64,000 nucleotides of DNA from an uncultured archaeon. GTDB taxonomy: Archaea > Thermoplasmatota > Penumbrarchaeia > JASLWR01. The notes below the pieces were generated by a model that saw nothing but the letters and a program-made list of their open reading frames with translations, searched no databases and was not told the DNA's origin. The DNA lies in assembly GCA_964342815.1 (NCBI GenBank), contig CAYFHS010000005.1:64001-128000 (forward strand), given 5' to 3'. Position 1 is the stretch's first letter. The number at the start of each line of letters is the position of its first letter. Shown one piece after another: positions 9,353-16,717 of this stretch. The position numbers and the translations under genes were made by a program.

Positions 9353-9756
9353 GTGCGAGTCCCCGCTTCGCTCTGGTCAATTAAAAATTGTCCTAACACG
9401 CATTTTTTCTACGAAAAAAAGTGCGAGGGCACGTTTCACTACGGTCAATCTGAGATTGCCCTGCCCTCTCCCTTTTCTCCCTTTGGTCGAAAAAGTGCGA
9501 GTCCCCACTACGTTCCGGTCAATTAAAATTGCCCTGACACGCATTTTTTCTCCGAAAAAAGTGCGAGTTTCCGCTTCGCTCTGGTCAATTGGAAATACTC
9601 GATGAATCGGAGATTCATCTGCACCCTCGGCTGGTAAGCCTACGGGTTGCCCTGACACGCATTTTTTTCTCCGAAAAAAAGTGCGAGTCCCCACTACGTT
9701 ACGGTCAATAAATAATTGCCCTGTCCCCGCCCTTTTTTTCCTTTTAGTCAAAAAAG
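9353..9756. repeat. Array of five imperfect direct repeats 3' of tRNA-Leu; plus-strand core A(n)GTGCGAG-N15-GGTCAAT-Nx-(A)TTG(C/T)CCT
   Basis: GTGCGAG starts at 9353, 9421, 9495, 9561 and 9681, then at 9756 (the tRNA 3' end). Spacings are 68, 74, 66, 120 and 75 bp. All five have exactly 15 nt between GCGAG and GGTCAA. Confidence 0.9.
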
Positions 9757-9840
9757 TGCGAGGGCCGAGATTCGAACTCGGGAACCACTAAGGACTAGAC
9801 CCTGAATCTAGCGCCGTTGACCTGGCTTGGCTACCCTCGC
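9757..9840 (-). tRNA. tRNA-Leu(CAG)
   Basis: Acceptor GCGAGGG/CCCTCGC plus discriminator A; D stem GCC/GGC; anticodon arm CTAGA-TTCAGGG-TCTAG; long variable arm; T arm CCGAG-TTCGAAT-CTCGG. Confidence 0.97.
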
Positions 9841-10286
9841 ACCTATGCATCCATTTATCGTGATTTCAATGATTTTCCTGTTCTATGCATCCAACTCATG
9901 GTCAACGGGGACCGGTTTGCAATACCCTTGTTGCCAACTAAGTTCAGCCCAAAGGGGTGAACGGAATTGACCTGGCTTGGCTACCCTCGCACCTATGCAT
10001 CCATTTATCGTGATTTCAATGATTTTCCTGTTCTATGCATCCAACTCATGGTCAACGGGGACCGGTTTGCAATACCCTTGTTGCCAACTAAGTTCAGCCC
10101 AAAGGGGTGAACGGAATTGACCTGGCTTGGCTACCCTTGCACCTATGCATCCGTTGATCGTGATGTTGTTGTTTCCGCTATATGCATCCGTTTCCTGGTC
10201 AACGGGTGCCGGTTGGCAACACACTTGTTGCCAACTAAGTTCAGCCAAAAGGGTGAACGAAATTGACCTGGCTTGGCTACCCTCGC
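9817..10286 (-). repeat. Tandem array of three 146-150 bp units, each bounded by the first 24 nt of tRNA-Leu
   Basis: TTGACCTGGCTTGGCTACCCT(C/T)GC starts at 9817 (within the tRNA), 9967, 10117 and 10263. Units 9817-9966 and 9967-10116 are identical; the third is diverged. Confidence 0.95.
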
Positions 10287-10295
10287 TATACAAAT

Positions 10296-10325
10296 CTTCT
10301 TATTATTGAATAATTATATGAATCA
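10296..10325 (-). promoter_or_regulatory. Putative archaeal TATA-type promoter for the tRNA-Leu array transcript
   Basis: Minus strand CATATAATTATTCAATAATAAG lies 15-35 nt upstream of the outermost GCGAGGG at 10286. Confidence 0.5.
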
Positions 10326-10387
10326 ATTCGAAAAATAATTTGTCAGGGTTCACCTAACTTTCTCTCCAACAATTTTGACTTGGTTGT

Positions 10388-10741
10388 TCAATCTTCCTTC
10401 TTGATCTCTTCCAGTATGTCCCATGTCTTGTCGTATATTCGATCATCCAGTTGAGTGAGTTCCAGTCGGACCCTAAGCCTGCCGTTGTCGAAAAATATGT
10501 ACGCTGACTTGACCTGCGACCTGAAGCATCTTACACTCTTACCCTTGTTGGATAGTTTAGTATCCACGCATTTGATAAGACCCATGGATACTAGTTTCTT
10601 TATTTTTTTGTAACATACTGCCACGGGGATGGCCAGTTGTTTACTGAGTTCCTGGGCTGTCTTGGGATATTTGAAGGATGCCGCCAGGATACGGAGGACC
10701 ACCTCGTCTGCAAAAAGTTTCGCTGTTTTTAAAGCTTCCAT
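10388..10741 (-). CDS. Winged helix-turn-helix protein (ArsR/HTH_20-like)
   Basis: RILAASFKYPKTAQELSKQLAIPVAVCYKKIKKLVSMGLI helix-turn-helix followed by a beta wing. Confidence 0.85.
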   Translation of the reverse strand: MEALKTAKLFADEVVLRILAASFKYPKTAQELSKQLAIPVAVCYKKIKKLVSMGLIKCVDTKLSNKGKSVRCFRSQVKSAYIFFDNGRLRVRLELTQLDDRIYDKTWDILEEIKKED

Positions 10742-11033
10742 CCGGATACACCTCTTTCAGGTCCGACCGATGATATTTTTGTCGTCATTGCCGCTTATGA
10801 CAAAATGAACACAATTCATCAAATCCAATAAATATCAGTGATACCAGCGTGTATCAATATTATTTCGTACTTCGCCATCGGTCCCCACGGGATATTTTGC
10901 CACAGTAATATAAAATACATATAAATAGATTTCGCCGGTCACCAAATGACCGACTGGTCCGTTCAAAATAGGGTCGGACAAACTCCAAAAATAGGAGTGT
11001 AAAAGACTAATATTGTTTCATTTTATAATATTG

Positions 11034-12437
11034 CTATATCGATCTGAGCCGTTTTCTATGATAGAGGATCACACCCAGAGTGAAGAGGACTACTGTAAGT
11101 ATTATCATTATCACGATTTCAACAATAACATCGCCGAAAGATGCGCCGTATGTCATGGTCTTCGACAATGCCTTACTGCATTGTGTCCAGGGAAGCCAAT
11201 CGAACAGCTCGAAGGCTTTTCCGGTACCAAGAAAATTTTCGGTGAAGGTAACGGTTGGCAGCGAAAAAAATGCTCCCGTGAGAAATGACAGAGGAACTGC
11301 CACCATTGGTCCAAGGTAGCCCGCTTGATCCTCATTCTTTGCTATTGCAGCCAGTATCAAACCCAGGGCCACAGTGGCCAGACATCCCCAAATGGCTATG
11401 AACAGAGCCAGGAATATATTCGCATCCGGGTTGAACTGATAACCCATCAACAAGGCGATACCGAGTAGTACAAATAATTGGGCCACTGCGATAACGGTAT
11501 AGGGAATCGTGTTGCCGAAAAGCATGTCAAAAGAACTCATTTTTGTCAATTTCAGACGGGTGAGAGTTCCCTTGCTTTCCTCTCTTGACAGCGATATGCA
11601 GACGCCGGTGGCGCTCATCAGAAGGGCGAAGACAATGAGTCCGGGTACCTGATAATCGAATCCGGAGAGATCGGAAACATCAAGAGCCCTGTCTTCCACA
11701 ATTACGTAAGGTTCCTGGGAGCCGGGGTCTATCTTAACAGGAAGAGACTTGGCCGATATCGCAAGGGCGATCTTGCCTGAATTGTCCACGTATGCCTCCA
11801 TGGACCCTTGGATTATCCCGCTGACGGTGAAATAGGATGAACTGGCCGGATCACCCTTTATGATGACGCTGGCAGTTACATTGATGTTCTTTGTGAGTGT
11901 GGTGCCGCCAGTTCCGTTTTCCATCATATCACTTATTAACTGCTCCATCATTTTCGATGCGTTTGTCCCGTTTTCGTTATATTGATCGTAATATCTTTCT
12001 CCGATAGAATCCGATATGGCATGCTGGACAAACCTCATGCTCTCTGCCGCTACGGCCTGTGAGAAATTTCGGGGTATTATGATATAGGCGATGAGATCCT
12101 TATCTTCCACCAGTTCCTGGGCCTCTTTTTCAGTAAGATCCTCACGTATATCGAATATATGCTGGCTGGTGTTTTTACCATTTCCGTCGAGATAAGACAT
12201 TTCTGTTAAAATATTGACGTAATTATTGCCGTGATGGATCGTTGTATTGTTAAGGATGATCCCCTCGTCCATATTGATGACCGCAATATTGTATGTAGTG
12301 TTGCCACCGGTGAATGACCCGAATGCGAATCCGAATATCAGAATGAATATCGCCGGAAAAAGAAGACTGAAAAAGAGGGCTCCCTTATCCCTCATTATCT
12401 CTTTTCCGCTCTTTTTTGTAATAGCCAGCCATCTCAT
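11034..12437 (-). CDS. ABC-2 type transporter permease
   Basis: N-terminal TM, large extracellular loop, FDYQVPGL, REESKGTLTRL (EAA-like) and five further TM helices; overlaps the ATPase gene by 4 nt. Confidence 0.92.
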   Translation of the reverse strand: MRWLAITKKSGKEIMRDKGALFFSLLFPAIFILIFGFAFGSFTGGNTTYNIAVINMDEGIILNNTTIHHGNNYVNILTEMSYLDGNGKNTSQHIFDIREDLTEKEAQELVEDKDLIAYIIIPRNFSQAVAAESMRFVQHAISDSIGERYYDQYNENGTNASKMMEQLISDMMENGTGGTTLTKNINVTASVIIKGDPASSSYFTVSGIIQGSMEAYVDNSGKIALAISAKSLPVKIDPGSQEPYVIVEDRALDVSDLSGFDYQVPGLIVFALLMSATGVCISLSREESKGTLTRLKLTKMSSFDMLFGNTIPYTVIAVAQLFVLLGIALLMGYQFNPDANIFLALFIAIWGCLATVALGLILAAIAKNEDQAGYLGPMVAVPLSFLTGAFFSLPTVTFTENFLGTGKAFELFDWLPWTQCSKALSKTMTYGASFGDVIVEIVIMIILTVVLFTLGVILYHRKRLRSI

Positions 12438-13468
12438 TCTCTCAACCCCCTTCCAGTGAGCGAAATGAATACGTCTTCGAGAGTATTCTTGCGAAGCTTG
12501 ACATCCACGATATTTTTGTTACCAATCTCCACCTGGTGGAATATTTCGGGCAAGTGTTTTACTGCGTTTAGCGAATTAAGCCATATTTTATTTCCCACCA
12601 CGTGAACCTTGGTCACCGTCTCCATTTTTTCCAGGTCTTTTGCTATTTTTTCGCTGCCTTCCATTTCCTCCAGCGTCAACTCTACAACGTCCCCTTCGCC
12701 AAGATTGTTCTTGAGCTTTTCGGGGCTGTCATCCACCAGGAGTTTTCCATGGTCGATTATGGCAACTCTCTTGCATAGCCGATCCGCCTCTTCCATAAAA
12801 TGGGTTGTCAGGATCACGGTTTTATCTCCCATCTTCGGAATGGTATTGATGTAATCCCATAATACAAGACGGGACTGCGGATCGAGACCGGGGGACGGCT
12901 CATCGAGAACAACAATTTCCGGATCATGCACCAGTGCCATGGCAAGGTTCAAACGCCTTTTCATTCCACCAGAGAGAGACGTTGCCCGTGTTTTCCTTTT
13001 ATCCTCGAGTTTAAGGTCGTAAAGTAGTGAATCGATCTGTCTATTCAATTTCTCTTGTGGAGTTTCATAAAGGTCCCCTATCAGTTTGAGGTTCTCATAC
13101 ACGGTCAAGCGGTCCCATAGAGTTATTTCCTGGGGGCAGACCCCGATCTTCTCCTTCACTACCTCGCTCCCCGCCTCGATGGTCTCCCCGTCAATAATGG
13201 TTTTCCCGCTAGTGGGTTTCAGAAGACCCACCATCATCTTGATGGAAGTGGTCTTGCCAGCTCCGTTAGGGCCTAGGAATCCAAATACCTCTCCACGTTT
13301 TATCTTTATGGTAAGGCCATCCACAGCTCTGACGCCATCGGGGAATTCCTTTACGAGATCATGAGTACTGATGAGAAAATCGCTGGACATTGGAAAACAC
13401 CTCTTTTTCATATAATGACCTCCACGATAAATGCTTTTCCAGTTTATTTCCTTATGAAATCCATACAA
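12434..13468 (-). CDS. ABC transporter ATP-binding protein (DrrA-like, C-terminal DUF4162-like); true start probably near 13390-13411
   Basis: GPNGAGKTT, LSGGMKRR, VVLDEPS, TTHFMEEA, TLEDVF. Confidence 0.95.
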   Translation of the reverse strand: MYGFHKEINWKSIYRGGHYMKKRCFPMSSDFLISTHDLVKEFPDGVRAVDGLTIKIKRGEVFGFLGPNGAGKTTSIKMMVGLLKPTSGKTIIDGETIEAGSEVVKEKIGVCPQEITLWDRLTVYENLKLIGDLYETPQEKLNRQIDSLLYDLKLEDKRKTRATSLSGGMKRRLNLAMALVHDPEIVVLDEPSPGLDPQSRLVLWDYINTIPKMGDKTVILTTHFMEEADRLCKRVAIIDHGKLLVDDSPEKLKNNLGEGDVVELTLEEMEGSEKIAKDLEKMETVTKVHVVGNKIWLNSLNAVKHLPEIFHQVEIGNKNIVDVKLRKNTLEDVFISLTGRGLRE

Positions 13469-13503
13469 AAAAGATATAATCCGTTATAATTCTTCTGTGG
13501 GGG

Positions 13504-15543
13504 ATGCAGGAACTGTTTCCATATATTCCCAGAAAGACTCAGAAGAAAATCGTCGAAGATATCTACTCTTCAGCACTGGAACAGCGAAACTTAATAATTC
13601 AATCAAAGACCGGTTCGGGAAAGACAGTCTGTTCTTTATCGGCGCTTTTACACTTCTGCATTGATGAAAAAAAGAGATTGGTCTATACCACGAGAACCAA
13701 TTCTCAGCAGAAACAGGTGATCAGAGAGGCAAGAGCCATCAGGGAGAATGCGCCAGATGGGACCTTTGCACCTGAAGAGCTATTGGCCCTGCCGCTTCAG
13801 GGCCGGAGGAACATGTGCCTTCTGATGGATAAACTTTCGGAGTTCAGAGAGGCAATGCCCGAAGAAATGTCTCTGATGTGCAGTACCAGGAAAAAGCGGA
13901 CAGGTGAAATACTCGAAGGTACGGATAAGGAAGTTTCGGTGGACTTTAACCGCGCCGTATTCGATATGATGCTCCATGACCGCATGTGTCCTTACTACTA
14001 TCGTCTGCTCACGACTAAGCAAAACTCGTTAAAACAATGGGTTGCAGAGCGGATACCCGATGCGCAGGAGATTGTATCGAGGTGCCGTGATGAGGAAATA
14101 TGCCCTTACGAGTTCATTAAGATTTTGCTGGAACGAGCGCTGCTGGTTGTGATGCCCTATATCTTTGTATTCAACGACGCAATACGCGGGCATTTGCTGG
14201 ACTGGTTGAACGAGGGAACCGAAGAGTTTGTCCTCGTTGTAGATGAAGCCCACAACCTGCCGGATTTCCTGCGCGACCTGTATTCATTCACCCTTTCTCG
14301 AAGCACCATAGGGACTGCAAAGAAGGAGGCGGAGCGGTACGGGATCGATTTTTTCTATGACGATATACCGCTAAAGCGTTTTCTTGACCTTCTTGAGAGC
14401 ACAATGGTGGAGCTTGCAGAAGAATACATTGATGACGGAAATACGGGTGATACAGTTCGGGATAATAGGTCCGTAATTATCTCTGTGGAGGAGGACGCCG
14501 TGATACCTCAGGACGCTCTTATGACCGGCCTTATGTCGGGGCTCGTGATCACTTCCACGACCCTCATGAAGGGAATACAAAAATTGGCATACGAGGGTTA
14601 TGTTATCAAGGAAAAGAAAAAGACTGACGGGAAGCTGCCCCGGTCATATCTTCTTATTATAGCAACATTTCTGCAGCAATGGGAGGACCTTACGGAGGAA
14701 TACTACATCAAGCTTATTTACGACCGGGAAAATCCGCATCTGGAAGCATACTGTCTCGATCCGCAGAAGGGGGGGGTGATTTGCCAGACATTTTATTCGT
14801 CAGTTCACATGTCAGGCACTCTCGAGCCCCTGCACGAGTACCGGGACTGTATTTCCCTTGAGAACTCCGAGCTTCGCAGCTATCCCTCACCTTTCGATCC
14901 GGATAATCTCCTGAGCCTTTTCACGCCAAACCTAACCACGAGATATGCGCAGTTTCACGAAAATGAGAATATGCAGGAAGCTTACGAAAGGTCAATCTGC
15001 AATATCCTCCGGGAGCACAAACGAAATACTATTATCTTTTTCCCGTCATACCGGATAATGAAGCTCATCAGCTCAAGCGATATGATGAAAAATATAACAC
15101 ATGACCGTCCCATTTTCCATGAGAGAACGAAGGACTCGCAGGAGGAACTGTTGGACGAGATCGGTTCGTTCAGGAGGTCTTCGGGAGGAATATATTTCTC
15201 GGTCATCGGCGGACGGGTCTCCGAAGGGATGGACTTTCCGGGGAATACGCTCGAGATGGCGCTCCTGGTGGGGATCCCTTACCCGAAACCAACAGCAAGA
15301 CAGAAGGGCCTGAGAAGATATTACGATATAAAGACAGGGAATGGCTGGTTATTCGCGGTGTTGGCCCCAACCGTGCGAAAGATACTACAGGCCATGGGAA
15401 GGGTGATCCGCTCGGAGGAGGACCGGGGAGTGGCCGTTATCATGGACGTGCGGGCTAAGCGTTTTCAGGAGTATATCGAGGGATTGGAAGAGGAAGAAGA
15501 TGTGGCGGGGAGGGTGAGGAATTTTTTTATGACCTTGGAATAA
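13504..15543 (+). CDS. XPD/Rad3/DinG-family Fe-S DNA helicase
   Basis: Q motif, TGSGKT, four Fe-S cysteines, VVDEAHN, HMSGTL, SEGMDF, QAMGRVIR. Confidence 0.95.
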   Translation: MQELFPYIPRKTQKKIVEDIYSSALEQRNLIIQSKTGSGKTVCSLSALLHFCIDEKKRLVYTTRTNSQQKQVIREARAIRENAPDGTFAPEELLALPLQGRRNMCLLMDKLSEFREAMPEEMSLMCSTRKKRTGEILEGTDKEVSVDFNRAVFDMMLHDRMCPYYYRLLTTKQNSLKQWVAERIPDAQEIVSRCRDEEICPYEFIKILLERALLVVMPYIFVFNDAIRGHLLDWLNEGTEEFVLVVDEAHNLPDFLRDLYSFTLSRSTIGTAKKEAERYGIDFFYDDIPLKRFLDLLESTMVELAEEYIDDGNTGDTVRDNRSVIISVEEDAVIPQDALMTGLMSGLVITSTTLMKGIQKLAYEGYVIKEKKKTDGKLPRSYLLIIATFLQQWEDLTEEYYIKLIYDRENPHLEAYCLDPQKGGVICQTFYSSVHMSGTLEPLHEYRDCISLENSELRSYPSPFDPDNLLSLFTPNLTTRYAQFHENENMQEAYERSICNILREHKRNTIIFFPSYRIMKLISSSDMMKNITHDRPIFHERTKDSQEELLDEIGSFRRSSGGIYFSVIGGRVSEGMDFPGNTLEMALLVGIPYPKPTARQKGLRRYYDIKTGNGWLFAVLAPTVRKILQAMGRVIRSEEDRGVAVIMDVRAKRFQEYIEGLEEEEDVAGRVRNFFMTLE

Positions 15544-15698
15544 TTGTTGGATTTTATATTATAGTAAAGCTTACAATTAGCCATGTAAAATTAGTATGAA
15601 CCCCCCGACATTCAATATGAGCCGTACCCATCTGTGATCGGTTAAGATTTAATCAACCATTTTACCTTGTACTCGAGGAATACAAGTGATATGATTTC

Positions 15699-16196
15699 TC
15701 AGGTTCCGATCCTGTTTTTACCTACAATATTGATTGAGAGTACTACAGAATAATACCGACTCAGTCTTTCGATGATGGCGAGGGAGACCCGTGCTATTCG
15801 ATCCTTGCATTCATTCAGAAAACCCTTGACCAGAAAAAAGAGTGTCCAGTTGTCCGATTCGGACCTGTAGCGTTCGATCACACCGATTTCAGCAAGCTTC
15901 TTGAGTACCCGGGCTGTGCGCCGGTTTCCCCAATGGAATCTGGTTGACATATATGCATTTATCAACTGTTGCTGGCTCCCAAAACAGTCGAAATGGAAAA
16001 TCAGGGTTTGGAGCAATAATTTTGCTTCGGCTTTGGCTGTCCGGTCACCCAGTTTACTTTCGATGTCTTTTATTCCTTTTCTATATTTGGTCAATTTTTT
16101 CGTGTACATTCGTTTCTTCATCGTATCAATCCCGTTTATCTTTTTCTGGAGGTCATAGGCAACGGATATCCCATAACAAAATGGACAAATGTTCAA
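15699..16196 (-). CDS. Hypothetical protein with a probable winged-helix DNA-binding segment; start may be at 16121
   Basis: SQQQLINAY...GNRRTARVLKKLAEIGVIERY resembles a wHTH recognition helix and wing. Confidence 0.55.
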   Translation of the reverse strand: MNICPFCYGISVAYDLQKKINGIDTMKKRMYTKKLTKYRKGIKDIESKLGDRTAKAEAKLLLQTLIFHFDCFGSQQQLINAYMSTRFHWGNRRTARVLKKLAEIGVIERYRSESDNWTLFFLVKGFLNECKDRIARVSLAIIERLSRYYSVVLSINIVGKNRIGT

Positions 16197-16295
16197 GTTA
16201 TTTATAAAGATAAGTCGGGGATGAGTGAATGTAAAATTGGCATTGGAAAAGAGCGCGTAATGGAAGGAATCGAGTAATGGCTGAAGGTGAAAGGG

Positions 16296-16384
16296 GACAT
16301 TTGTCGATAGTCATCGCGGACATTTGTCGGTGGCAACAGGCAGCATTTGACAGTAAGTCGAATATTACCAGGAGACATTTGTCG
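16296..16384. promoter_or_regulatory. Three copies of the near-palindrome GACATTTGTCG (candidate operator)
   Basis: Exact copies at 16296, 16319 and 16374; inverted variant GACAAATGTT at 16184. Confidence 0.5.
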
Positions 16385-16717
16385 AGGAAGTACATGAATT
16401 TTTCCGGCAGTGAGATTTTAAATTCACTTGACCCATCACAGTCCGATCATGAATTCTGTTCTTTCCGGTCCGCGTGAAAACGTAGGTCGGGCGTTTCGCG
16501 AGCGGCGACACCGCGCCCAACGCACCGATTACTTTCATTGATTTCGTTTCGGATTACCGGTCTCCTAAAAAATCAAACATTTCACTACCCTTTGATGTGT
16601 TTAACTATGGCATCTGAATGAATGCAGCGGTCAATTATATTTATTTGAGATATCACGAGGTAAAATCTATATCTAAAGAAATTCTTACCATTTTGGATTG
16701 AAGGTTTTGAATTAATA

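Noticed and set aside
9353-9756. CRISPR array (period of 66-75 bp)
   Set aside because: The variable parts are only 15 nt and recur in three types, each unit has two separate conserved blocks, and no cas genes or leader are present.
9817-10286. Prophage or ICE attachment sites, or split/permuted tRNA genes
   Set aside because: No integrase or cargo lies between the repeats (only 122-126 bp). The fragments stop in the D-loop and no matching separate 3' halves or clear BHB junctions were found.
10033-10293. 86-aa ORF with 50-aa repeats and in-frame TAG codons (possible pyrrolysine read-through)
   Set aside because: The periodicity follows from the 150-bp DNA repeat and the frame runs through tRNA sequence. 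No pyl genes are in the window, and the structure conservation points to RNA-level rather than protein-level constraint.
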